Origin: Thermoanaerobaculia bacterium
Lineage (GTDB): Bacteria > Acidobacteriota > Thermoanaerobaculia > Gp7-AA8
Direction of reading: 5' to 3'
Assembly: GCA_046590585.1 (NCBI GenBank)
Contig: JBKJVD010000177.1
Span: 1-54,524 of the forward strand
Length of the DNA stretch: 54,524 nt
Shown: piece by piece, positions 43,769 to 52,499 of the stretch
Layout of the letters: every line of letters starts with the position of its first letter
How positions within the stretch are numbered: the stretch's first letter is position 1
Made by a program: the position numbers and the translations under genes
The notes under the pieces: model-generated
What the model was told of the DNA's origin: nothing
The model's input: only the letters and a program-made list of their open reading frames with translations
Databases searched by the model: none

Positions 43769-44671
43769 GTGAACATCATGAACAACTCGAGACTCAAAGC
43801 CTCGCTCCTCTCGCTGGCGGTTCTGGCCACTTCATGTGGTGTGTCCGGGGAACGCTACGAGGCAAAGATCAATCGCCAGTGGCCAGCCGCTTCCGTGCAC
43901 AACCTCGAGATCGATGAAGTGAACGGCAGCGTCACCGTCGAGGCCGGGACCGGAAGCGACATCACGCTCGAAGCCCAGGTCACCTCGCGCGGCGTGGCAC
44001 CAAAGAAGAACGCCGAGAACGAAGGGTACTTCACCACCCGGCTCGACGGCGATACTCTCCGGATCGAGCGCGAGGCGGGATCGGGTCATGTCAATCTCCC
44101 GTTCTTCAAGACCGACCAGGTCACGATCAACTACACGCTGCACGTACCGGCCACGGTGACTCTCGACCTGGAAACGGTCAACGGCCGCATCTCGACTCAT
44201 GGAATCTCCGGTGCGACCGAGCTGGCCACCGTCAACGGGCCGATCGAGGTCGACAGTCCGGGCACGAGCGCGGTCAACGCCCACACCGTCAATGGCAAGG
44301 TGCGGGCGCGTTTTCTCGAATCATTTCAGGGCGCGAATCTCAAGACTGTCAATGGCGGAATCGAAGCGATGCTTCCGGCGAGCGCTTCTTTTTCCTGCGA
44401 TCTCTCTCAGGTCAACGGCGATTTCGAGGCCTCATTCCCTCTCGCGATTCACTCCAATCCGGGTAGACGTCGCGTTTCCGGCGACGTGAACGGAGGGCGA
44501 TATCAGCTGAAGATCACCACGGTGAACGGAGACGTTGAAGTCGCGCACCTCGTGCCCCCAGTGCCCCCAGTGCCTCCGGTCGCACCAACCGCTCCGGTGA
44601 CCCCGGGCGCAGCGCCATCGGCCCCACCGGCGGCGCCAGCGGTGCCGATGGCGCCCACACCAACCGTCTAA
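43769..44671 (+). CDS. DUF4097-family beta-strand repeat lipoprotein with a Pro/Ala-rich C-terminal tail
   Basis: Signal/lipobox LAVLATSCG. Repeated VNG-x-I/V units (VNGSVTV, VNGRIST, VNGPIEV, VNGKVRA, VNGGIEA, VNGDVEV). The tail is PPVPPVPPVAPTAPVTPGAAPSAPPAAPAVP. Confidence 0.75.
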   Translation: MNIMNNSRLKASLLSLAVLATSCGVSGERYEAKINRQWPAASVHNLEIDEVNGSVTVEAGTGSDITLEAQVTSRGVAPKKNAENEGYFTTRLDGDTLRIEREAGSGHVNLPFFKTDQVTINYTLHVPATVTLDLETVNGRISTHGISGATELATVNGPIEVDSPGTSAVNAHTVNGKVRARFLESFQGANLKTVNGGIEAMLPASASFSCDLSQVNGDFEASFPLAIHSNPGRRRVSGDVNGGRYQLKITTVNGDVEVAHLVPPVPPVPPVAPTAPVTPGAAPSAPPAAPAVPMAPTPTV

Positions 44672-44702
44672 CCCTTCGCGCAGGCCGCTATACTCGCGAC
44701 GC

Positions 44703-46142
44703 ATGCGGCCTGCGCGCATCTCCATCGTCATCGCTGCCGCCCTCTTCGTCGTCCTGACGCTGGCCGCCGTTGCGCCGATCCGCAGCTACGATTCCTTCTG
44801 GCACCTCGCCACGGGACGCTGGATCGTCGAGCATCGCGCCCTTCCGCTGCAGGATCCTTTCACCCTGGCCAGCGACCGGAGTGCGTGGATCAACGGGCAA
44901 TGGTTGTTTCAGGTCGTGCTCTACGCGGTTCACGAGGCCACTGGCCTGAGCGGGATTTCCTGGGCTCGCGCCTTGTTCGTCGCTCTCCTGTTTACCGTCG
45001 CGTTTTCCGCGGCTCGCCGGGGGCGTGACTGGGGACAGCCACTCCTCGTCACCGCGCTCGGATTCGCAGGAGCGGCAGTGTTTCTCGACGTGCGGCCTTC
45101 GAGTGCGGCCGCCTTCTTCGTCGTCGTCTCGATCGCACTGATCGAGCGGATCCGCGCCGCGTCGGGTCGGGACCGGAACCTTCTGGTCGCTGGATACGTG
45201 ATTCTGTCGATCGCCTGGATCAACGTGCATCCCTCAGCACTGCTGGCGCCGATTCTTGGCGCCCTGGCGTTGACTGGTCCGCTCCTCCCGTTGGCGAGCG
45301 CGGTCGCGCTGCTGGTCAATCCCTTCGGCGTGAAGGGAGTCGTGGCGCCGCTGCAGCTGATGTCGTTCGTGCAGAGCGGTGAGTTCGTCAACGCGGAGTG
45401 GCTGCCGAGCCTGCCGATCCAGTTCCCTCTGCTCTACGTGACCATCGCGCTCGGGGCCGCGCTGTTTGCCGTCGACCGCGCCAGGCGCGATCACGTCTGG
45501 CGCGCGCTGATCTTGGTGGCGCTCGCGTATCTGGCGATCCGGCACGTGCGCAACCAGCCACTTTTCTTCTGCGCGCTGCCTCTGCTTCTCGCACCGTTTC
45601 ATCGACGCGAGATCCCACGCCTCGTTCACGCCATCGTGGCAGTCGCCGCGATCGGCAGCGTGGCGCTCATGACGAAACATTCTCCAGGTGTCGATGCCTC
45701 ACGCTTCCCCGTAAACGCGACCTCCCGTCTGCTCGCATCGGGACTGCGCGGGAACGTTTACAACCCCGACCAGTTCGGAGGGTTCCTGATCTGGAGCTTC
45801 TATCCCGACCGGCGCGTCCTCACCGACGGGCGCAACGAGCTCTATCACGCCTACATCCCGGAGTATGCGGCGTCGCGGAATGACGGCAGGAAGTGGAACG
45901 CACTCCTCGACAGGTACGGCGTCGATCTGGCCGTAGATGAGTATCGTCCTCCGCTTCCCGTAGTGAATGCGTTGACAGGGGAGCGCGTAAGGATGGCTGC
46001 GTCGCTCGCTCACTTCCCGCGGACTCGCTGGGCACTCATCGCATACGACGAGGCGGGGATGATCTTCGCGAGACGCGCCGCGTTCCCGGAAGCGAAGCTG
46101 GCGCAGTGGGAAATCCTGAATGTGGTGCCGGATGCGAGGTAG
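44703..46142 (+). CDS. Polytopic integral membrane protein (family not recognised; possibly GT-C-like)
   Basis: About 10 hydrophobic segments in the first 330 aa, then a soluble C-terminal domain of about 150 aa. Confidence 0.55.
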   Translation: MRPARISIVIAAALFVVLTLAAVAPIRSYDSFWHLATGRWIVEHRALPLQDPFTLASDRSAWINGQWLFQVVLYAVHEATGLSGISWARALFVALLFTVAFSAARRGRDWGQPLLVTALGFAGAAVFLDVRPSSAAAFFVVVSIALIERIRAASGRDRNLLVAGYVILSIAWINVHPSALLAPILGALALTGPLLPLASAVALLVNPFGVKGVVAPLQLMSFVQSGEFVNAEWLPSLPIQFPLLYVTIALGAALFAVDRARRDHVWRALILVALAYLAIRHVRNQPLFFCALPLLLAPFHRREIPRLVHAIVAVAAIGSVALMTKHSPGVDASRFPVNATSRLLASGLRGNVYNPDQFGGFLIWSFYPDRRVLTDGRNELYHAYIPEYAASRNDGRKWNALLDRYGVDLAVDEYRPPLPVVNALTGERVRMAASLAHFPRTRWALIAYDEAGMIFARRAAFPEAKLAQWEILNVVPDAR

Positions 46143-46319
46143 CCCGCATTTCTCACACTCCTTCGTTGCGAGGCGGCGGAGAGTGGCTTGGATGCGAGGC
46201 GTGCGGCGGTTTCGCGACGACGGCATAGTTGACACTATGTCGAGGAGCGAAACCGTCGTGCAACGAAGCAGACAGGCCGCTATCCGGCGCCGTAGCAGAA
46301 GGAGTGTGAGAAATGCGGG
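46143..46319. repeat. 177-bp element with 22-bp perfect terminal inverted repeats and nested internal hairpins (MITE-like or structured RNA)
   Basis: CCCGCATTTCTCACACTCCTTC at 46143-46164 is the exact reverse complement of 46298-46319. Inner pairs: CGGTTTCGC/GCGAAACCG and CATAGT/ACTATG. Confidence 0.8.
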
Positions 46320-46334
46320 TTAGGGAGGCGGGGA

Positions 46335-46640
46335 TCAGTTGACGATCTGGTCGTTGATGTCGGAGGCCAGCAGTTCTTCATGGGGCCATCGATGTCGCAG
46401 GACGCGCTCGAACTGAGGCTGGATGATGCACTCGTAGCGATCTGCAAACGCGGGATGCAGTTCAAGGATCGCCTTCCGGGCGCAGGCGACCAGGCATCGC
46501 GCTTCGCGATGCGCCACCGTGGCGTCACTGCTGATCAGGTTCCGGGTCAGCTCGACGATCATCCTGATTCTGCGCTGGCGCCTGCGCTCGAAAAAAGACG
46601 AGCGCACCTCTGCAGCAGATTCCGTTTCGAATTTCGGCAT
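46335..46640 (-). CDS. Hypothetical protein
   Basis: 101-aa ORF with plausible composition. I recognise no family, and the coding status is not certain. Confidence 0.35.
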   Translation of the reverse strand: MPKFETESAAEVRSSFFERRRQRRIRMIVELTRNLISSDATVAHREARCLVACARKAILELHPAFADRYECIIQPQFERVLRHRWPHEELLASDINDQIVN

Positions 46641-46761
46641 CGTGGATTCAACGCGGGAAACGCCGCTTCCTGCACGTGCATTCCGACCCGCCGATCATTT
46701 CATCAGAGGAATTTCGGAGCGGTTTTCCCGCAACTCCACGACCACCTGCCGCCCTGAGGCG

Positions 46762-47466
46762 TCACGCGTGTTCGCGATCGCCCTCGGCCCAGATTTCTTC
46801 GGCAACCATAGGATCGACGCGGCCTTCGTAGTAACGGATGGCGGCACGACCGACGGCGCTCACCGCTGCATAGTTCAATGCACCGCCCGAGACGACACCG
46901 ACGAAAGGAATGAAGTGGGCGATCCGGTCGCGCATGAAACGCTCGCCGATCCGCTCGGCGATCACCCCGCCTTCGATCGTGGCAGCACTCAGCACCGTTG
47001 CCAGTCCCTGCTTGCCGATGCCGATGCCGGACGCGAATGCGAGGCACGAAACCGCTTCGTTGAATCGCTCCCGGCTGGAAGGTTCATGTCCGTAGATCGT
47101 CGCGATCCCAAGGACGAGTTTGAACTGTTGATAGACCAGGTAGGCGAGGTCCGCGCCGAGCGTTCCAATGGCAATGAGGCCCGCGGGCAGACCAGTCAAT
47201 GCACCCGCGGCCGCGCAGCGGATGGCCGTTCGACGGGCCAGGATTCTGGAATGAGTCGCCGGCGCAAACGAAGGTGCGTGCAGCCGGAGAGCTTCGACTT
47301 CTTTCCGGATCTTGTCCGGATCGATCTCCTCGAACAGGGAACGGAACAGTTCCTCGAGCAAATGATCCGCTCCACGCTTGATTCGCTTCGCCGTCTTCAT
47401 GGCTCTGACCCGGACGATGCTATCCGCATCAACCTTGCCATCCTGCAGTAAACGCGACAATTCCAT
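46762..47466 (-). CDS. Hypothetical membrane-associated protein (EcsC-like by eye)
   Basis: Gly/Ala-rich hydrophobic core (AAGALTGLPAGLIAIGTLGADLAYL..., GVVSGGALNYAAVSAVG). The overlapping plus-strand ORF is Arg-rich junk. Confidence 0.45.
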   Translation of the reverse strand: MELSRLLQDGKVDADSIVRVRAMKTAKRIKRGADHLLEELFRSLFEEIDPDKIRKEVEALRLHAPSFAPATHSRILARRTAIRCAAAGALTGLPAGLIAIGTLGADLAYLVYQQFKLVLGIATIYGHEPSSRERFNEAVSCLAFASGIGIGKQGLATVLSAATIEGGVIAERIGERFMRDRIAHFIPFVGVVSGGALNYAAVSAVGRAAIRYYEGRVDPMVAEEIWAEGDREHA

Positions 47467-47505
47467 GTGAACTGACCCCGATGTTCCCCGCCGCGTGATG
47501 GACCG

Positions 47506-47850
47506 TTAGTCGCTTTTGCTACCGCCGCTCGATGAACTCGTCGACGGCGTTGCTGGTGAACTGCTCGACGTGCTGCTGCTCGAACTGTCCGACGAACTGC
47601 TCCCCGTCGCAGGCGTGGACGTGGTTGCAGCCGTGCTCGACGGAGTCGTCGTCGCGGGCGCAGCACTGCTGCTCGAGGGATAGTCGGTCTTGTAGAAACC
47701 GGCGCCCTTGAACTGGATGGCCGGAGCGGAAAACAGCTTCTTCAGCGATCCGCCGCACCTGGGGCATTCCGTCACCGCGGGATCGGAGAGGTTCCGGAGC
47801 AGTTCGATCCGCTCTTTGCACCCCTCACATCGATATTCATACAGCGGCAT
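47506..47850 (-). CDS. FmdB-family zinc-ribbon protein with a Ser/Thr-rich tail
   Basis: MPLYEYRCEGC....CPRCGG...F (CxxC-CxxC signature). The tail is SSSSAAPATTTPSSTAATTSTPATGSSSSDSSSSS. Confidence 0.8.
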   Translation of the reverse strand: MPLYEYRCEGCKERIELLRNLSDPAVTECPRCGGSLKKLFSAPAIQFKGAGFYKTDYPSSSSAAPATTTPSSTAATTSTPATGSSSSDSSSSSTSSSSPATPSTSSSSGGSKSD

Positions 47851-47902
47851 CGGTCACACTCCCTCTACGTGGCGATGCAACAGCGGGGCGTCGCGAGCGA
47901 TT

Positions 47903-48508
47903 TCAGCTCTTCCAGCGACCCAGCCGCTCCTGCGAGTTTTCCTCGGCAGCGAACAGCTTTCCATCGCGGAAATAGATCCCGGCCACACCGCCTACAGCGG
48001 TGCGGTAGTACCACGCTTCCATTTCTGTTTCTCCGCGATCTCGTGCAGCGTTCCATCCCGGCAGAGGTTTGCCGAGTACCTGCGAGACCTCGCGTCGCGA
48101 CATGCCGCGCTCGAGCTGTGCGAGTTTTGCAGGAGTCACCGTCAAGTTCGCCACCGCCTGGCTCAATCCGCGCGCCGCCAGTGCGTTTGCCGGATCGTGA
48201 GCGAGGACGGCGTGATAGACGCGGATCGCTTCCTGATACCGGCCCATGGCCGACAGTTCGTCCGCGAACTCGACCTGGATGCGCCGGTAGACCTCACGGG
48301 CGCGTCCATGATCAGGATGTCGCGTAACGAATGACGACAGCGCGTCGGCGTATGCCTGCCGCGCCTCGAGGGGCGCGTTCGGCACTGAGGCGATCTGCTT
48401 CCGGCTCATCACGTCGCGCCACTCGGTCTGATGCTGAACCTCGTCGCTGGCACGACACCCGACTGTGAGAACGAGCAGACCGCTGAAAACTACTGGCCAA
48501 ATGCGCAT
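47903..48508 (-). CDS. Lipoprotein with TPR-like helices and a BamE/SmpA-OmlA-like C-terminal domain
   Basis: Lipobox LTVGC. GMSRREVSQVLGKP resembles the BamE-fold signature. Confidence 0.55.
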   Translation of the reverse strand: MRIWPVVFSGLLVLTVGCRASDEVQHQTEWRDVMSRKQIASVPNAPLEARQAYADALSSFVTRHPDHGRAREVYRRIQVEFADELSAMGRYQEAIRVYHAVLAHDPANALAARGLSQAVANLTVTPAKLAQLERGMSRREVSQVLGKPLPGWNAARDRGETEMEAWYYRTAVGGVAGIYFRDGKLFAAEENSQERLGRWKS

Positions 48509-48538
48509 CTGGACTCAAATTAGCACACCTCCTGTTCC

Positions 48539-48568
48539 TTGACAGCGTTGCAAACCGAGGTGAATAAT
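48539..48568 (+). promoter_or_regulatory. Candidate sigma-70 promoter (TTGACA-N18-AATAAT)
   Basis: A perfect -35 hexamer at 48539-48544 and a 5/6 -10 hexamer at 48563-48568. It lies about 60 nt upstream of the ATG at 48630. Confidence 0.4.
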
Positions 48569-48629
48569 CGCCAGCGCCTTGTTCTCGCCCTCTCTAAAGG
48601 CGATTCAAGTTGCAGCATCCGGAGGATTT

Positions 48630-50030
48630 ATGGCTGTGCGGGGAGAGGACGTTGCCAACTCGATTGATGCGCACGTTCGCGAGGAAGTCGACAGGATGGT
48701 CGGCGAGATGCGCTCGTCCATCGAAGACGTGCGCGTCTTCGTTGACTCGCAGCTCAAGGCTGCTCTGCAGAGCATGCAGGCGGACGTCAATGGGCTCTCG
48801 TTCCTTCCTCACCTCCGGAAATCGATTGGAGAGCTCGACGAACCATCCGATTCCGAACTTTCGGTCCCGCTCCCGGTCGCTGCTCCCGCCGCAGCCGATT
48901 CCGGAAAGCTCAAACGCGCCGTCCAGGCGATTGAACACGGCAAGTCTCAAGTCGATGTCCTCAACGCGCTCCTCGATCAGTGCCGCGAATTTGGTTCGCG
49001 CGCTGCACTGCTGATTCTACGGGGAGAGACGTTCAGTGGCTGGAAAGGCGTCGGCTTTGCTGCCCACGGCGGGAACGACGAGAACATCAAGCGCTTCAAC
49101 GCCGCACCAGGGCTGCTTCCGGAACTCGATCAGGTCCTCAGGAACGAGCACGTGGTCGTCTGGGACGGCGCGAACCTCTCCAGCCGGCTCGGCGTGGCGG
49201 GCGGAGTCAGCGCCGTTCTCATTCCGATGGTGATCAAGGACAAAGTCGCAGCGGCGATCTTCGTCGATGCCACCGAGGTTGATCGCGATAAGCTCGACAC
49301 GTCTGCATTGCAGATCCTCGTCTTCACGACCGGTCTGCTGATCGACACGCTCGCCCTCAGAAAGAAGCTTCCTTCGCCCAGTCTTTCCGATGGACCGCTG
49401 GGTGAACTCAGCGCGCCCGCATCCGTGCAGCCTGCTGCACCCCGCGCCGCACAGCCGGCACCGGCGGCTCCAACTCCGGCCGCCCCCCGGCCGCCCGCAC
49501 CTGCACCAGCACCAGCGGCTCCAATTTCCGCAGACGCGACCGTAGCGTTCAATGCCTCTCATGTTCGCGACCTCATGTCCGCATCGAAGCCGGCGTTCAA
49601 CGTTCCGTCCGCGGAAGACTTCGGAGCGTCGCAGGCACAGCCAGAGCCTCCGAAAGCAAACCCGGCACCTCCACCCTCTGCCGGCATCGGCGGCGGAGAT
49701 GACAAGGTTTCGACTCAGTACGTCCCGCCGACGGGAGTCGGAAGAGGCGCGGCATTCAACACGCCGCAGACCGAGGACGGCAAGAAGCATGATGAAGCGC
49801 GACGCTTCGCGCGACTGCTGGTTTCTGAGATCAAGCTCTACAACGAGACCAAAGTCGATCAGGGCCGGAAGAACAAAGACCTCTACGCGCGCCTCAAGGA
49901 CGACATCGACCGCAGCCGCCAGATGTACGACGACCGGATCTCCGAGGATGTTCGGAAGGCGTCGAATTACTTCTACGACGAACTGGTTCGGATCCTCGCC
50001 GACGGCCGCAACGACATCCTGGGGCTGTAG
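48630..50030 (+). CDS. Hypothetical protein: GAF-like N-region, Pro/Ala-rich linker, conserved-looking helical C-terminus
   Basis: GGAGGA RBS. The linker is PAAPRAAQPAPAAPTPAAPRPPAPAPAPAAP. The C-terminus is ARRFARLLVSEIKLYNE..YARLKDDIDRSRQMY. Confidence 0.6.
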   Translation: MAVRGEDVANSIDAHVREEVDRMVGEMRSSIEDVRVFVDSQLKAALQSMQADVNGLSFLPHLRKSIGELDEPSDSELSVPLPVAAPAAADSGKLKRAVQAIEHGKSQVDVLNALLDQCREFGSRAALLILRGETFSGWKGVGFAAHGGNDENIKRFNAAPGLLPELDQVLRNEHVVVWDGANLSSRLGVAGGVSAVLIPMVIKDKVAAAIFVDATEVDRDKLDTSALQILVFTTGLLIDTLALRKKLPSPSLSDGPLGELSAPASVQPAAPRAAQPAPAAPTPAAPRPPAPAPAPAAPISADATVAFNASHVRDLMSASKPAFNVPSAEDFGASQAQPEPPKANPAPPPSAGIGGGDDKVSTQYVPPTGVGRGAAFNTPQTEDGKKHDEARRFARLLVSEIKLYNETKVDQGRKNKDLYARLKDDIDRSRQMYDDRISEDVRKASNYFYDELVRILADGRNDILGL

Positions 50031-50035
50031 GCCAT

Positions 50036-50150
50036 CAACCGGTTCCTCGGAGTTCCTCGGTTCCTCGGGTTGAGTCACTACCGTAGGAACCGGTAGGTCC
50101 AAGTACTCCAGGAACTCCGAGGAACCCCGAGGAACCCAGGAACCCGCCTC
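50036..50150. repeat. Intergenic inverted element built from tandem GTTCCTCGG units
   Basis: GGTTCCTCGGAGTTCCTCGGTTCCTCGGG at 50041-50069 faces GGAACTCCGAGGAACCCCGAGGAACCCAGGAACC at 50111-50144, with a spacer of about 40 bp. Confidence 0.8.
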
Positions 50151-50186
50151 TGACCGCTGGCAGTCCCTTCGCAGGGGAGTCAGCGC

Positions 50187-52487
50187 GTGTTGGATGGATT
50201 GTGGCGGCGCAAGCGTGTGATTCTCGTACTGGCCCTCCTGCTGGTCGGCGGGGTGTTGTACGGCTTCCTGTTCCACTTTTATCGTCCTTCGAAACCCGAT
50301 CCCGAACAATCGGCTGAGGCTGTGGGGACGCCATCTGCGCCGCCTGATCTCGAGAAACTACGGGTGTCCTGGCTGGAAGCGATGAACGCGCTTCAGGACA
50401 ATCAGGCGGCTGAGGCAATCAGAAAGTTCGAGTCGTTCGACTTCGGATCACGTTCACTCGAAGAGTACCGGCTCTACTATCTCGCGACCAGCCATCAGCT
50501 CGATGGAGATCAGAAGGCGGCGCGCACAGACCTCGCACGACTCTGGCGCCGCAAGCCACGCCTCATCTACGCCACCGACGCCGGCTTCAACCTCGCCAGC
50601 CTCTACTCACAGGTCGCAGACTGGCGGCATGCTGCTGCAGCGCTGGAGGGAATCGCACTCAGGAGCGAGCCGCCTGTGATCGAGGGAGCGGCGCGGTGGC
50701 AGGCACTCGAAGCTCGTTTCGCGGAGGGTGACATCGCCGCGGTGTTCCAGCGGAGCCGGGAAATCGTCGTCTCGACTCCCCTGAGTCCGGACGCTGGAGA
50801 GGCTGTCGCGGTGTTCCGCGCGTTGAATGGACTGACCGAATCCGCCGCACTTCCACTCACGCCGCGCGAGCGACTCAATCGCTGCATCAGCCTTCTGCGG
50901 GACGGAAAGCCTGCCGGCGCGCTCACTGAACTCGATGCACTGTCCGGCGTGGCTCCTGCGGTGATGTCTCGCGAGGTCCAACTGCAGCGCGGCATCGCCC
51001 TCCACGCGCTACGGCGTTTCGAGGATTCCAATAAGGTGCTCGAGCCTCTGACCTCGGGGGAGTACCGGGCAGCGATTCCGGCCCTTCGCCATGCATCGCG
51101 AAACTATCGCGTCCTCGCTTCCGTCATCGATCCCACCGTAAACAAGGTGATCACAGAGAAGAAGCGGCAGGGAACCGAGAGGGTGCGGGTCGGAAAAGGA
51201 AAGAAACGGCGCACGGTCACGCGGCCGAAGATCGTCACCGTCAAGCGCACAGTCAAGCTGGTGGATCTGGCGAAGAAGCAGAAGAAGGAAAGTTACGAAC
51301 GGCTCGCCAGCGAACGGCTTCAGGATCTCCTGCTGCTTCCGGAACCGAAAGCGTTGCGCCTCGAAACACTCAACGCCCTCTTCGCCCTTGCGACCACCAA
51401 GAAACAGGATGCGTATCAGCAGACACTCGTGCGCCAGATCGTGGAACTCGACCCGCTGGCCGATCCCGCACTTCAGTATTTCTGGGACAAGGGATGGGGG
51501 GCCTGGACACGCGGCGACCTGGCCACGGCGAAAGTGAATTTCAGGTTCATTGCCGACACTTACAAAAACCCGAACGTACGACGGCAGTCGGAGTACTGGT
51601 ACGCGCGAACCATTGAACGGGCAGGCGAGAAAGCCAACGCGCTCGTAATCTACAAGCGGCTCGCGGATGCACCCTACGCGGATCTCTACGCCATCCACTC
51701 CGCATCACGCGGCGGAAAGCTCAGCGGCAATCGAACCAACCCGCTCGAGAAAAAAGGCATGGACTGGCGTGAACTGGCAGACAAGCAGATGCCGGATGAA
51801 CTCCGCCTCGCGTACGAGTTGACCGCAATCAACGACATGCGCGACGCCCGCCTCGAGATTCAGAAGAATCTCTCGCCGGACAACGTCCGTTTCGGAGAGG
51901 CGCTCCTTGCCGACCTCTACGCGAGTTCGGGAAACCGCGACCTGATGTACCGCGCCATCCGGCGTGCCTATCCGCAACTGGCGACCGTCGAGCAGGACAC
52001 GGTCCCGGCGTATTTCCTCGAGATGTACTTCCCGACCAACTATCACGACACGATCCGCAAGGAAGCCAGGAAGCGCGGCCTCGACTCCGAACTGGTCATG
52101 GCGCTGATCCTTCAGGAAAGTTACTACAACCCGCGAGCACGCTCAGCGGTCGGCGCTACGGGACTGATGCAGATCATGCCTGCCACCGGAAAGGAACTCG
52201 GAAAGAAGATCCATGGGTTCTTCTCGGTGACCCGGCTCGAAGATCCGGAAACGAACATCGAACTGGGAACGTACTACCTGAGTTCCCTGGTCCGCCTCTT
52301 CGGAAACAACCCATACCTGGCGGTGGCTTCCTACAACGCCGGTCAGGGCAACGTGGCGAAATGGAGGCGTGCCGCTCCCGGCAAGCCGATGGACGAGTTT
52401 CTCGAGTCGATTCCGTTTCCTGAGACCCGCAACTACGTGAAGCGCGTCACGATGCTGCGCTCGTCCTACGCGCGGATCGCACGCTGA
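50187..52487 (+). CDS. slt: Soluble lytic murein transglycosylase (Slt70-like: superhelical N-domain + lysozyme-like SLT domain)
   Basis: GGGGAG RBS and a GTG start. N-terminal membrane/signal segment. C-terminal motifs ILQESYYNP, GLMQIMPATG and SYNAGQGNV. Confidence 0.85.
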   Translation: MLDGLWRRKRVILVLALLLVGGVLYGFLFHFYRPSKPDPEQSAEAVGTPSAPPDLEKLRVSWLEAMNALQDNQAAEAIRKFESFDFGSRSLEEYRLYYLATSHQLDGDQKAARTDLARLWRRKPRLIYATDAGFNLASLYSQVADWRHAAAALEGIALRSEPPVIEGAARWQALEARFAEGDIAAVFQRSREIVVSTPLSPDAGEAVAVFRALNGLTESAALPLTPRERLNRCISLLRDGKPAGALTELDALSGVAPAVMSREVQLQRGIALHALRRFEDSNKVLEPLTSGEYRAAIPALRHASRNYRVLASVIDPTVNKVITEKKRQGTERVRVGKGKKRRTVTRPKIVTVKRTVKLVDLAKKQKKESYERLASERLQDLLLLPEPKALRLETLNALFALATTKKQDAYQQTLVRQIVELDPLADPALQYFWDKGWGAWTRGDLATAKVNFRFIADTYKNPNVRRQSEYWYARTIERAGEKANALVIYKRLADAPYADLYAIHSASRGGKLSGNRTNPLEKKGMDWRELADKQMPDELRLAYELTAINDMRDARLEIQKNLSPDNVRFGEALLADLYASSGNRDLMYRAIRRAYPQLATVEQDTVPAYFLEMYFPTNYHDTIRKEARKRGLDSELVMALILQESYYNPRARSAVGATGLMQIMPATGKELGKKIHGFFSVTRLEDPETNIELGTYYLSSLVRLFGNNPYLAVASYNAGQGNVAKWRRAAPGKPMDEFLESIPFPETRNYVKRVTMLRSSYARIAR

Positions 52488-52499
52488 CGAAAACGCTTC

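Noticed and set aside
46519-47451. 310-aa plus-strand ORF
   Set aside because: It has Arg/Asp-rich junk composition. The opposite strand (46762-47466) has coherent hydrophobic segments and the better coding pattern.
50041-50145. GTTCCTCGG tandem units as a possible CRISPR array
   Set aside because: The units are 8-9 bp and directly abutting, with no spacers of 25-40 bp. The arrays are inverted pairs. No cas genes are in the window.
49017-50309. 430-aa minus-strand ORF spanning a gene, a repeat element and the slt start
   Set aside because: It reads antisense through the 48630-50030 gene and through the GTTCCTCGG repeat. It has an extreme Arg/Cys/Gly composition.
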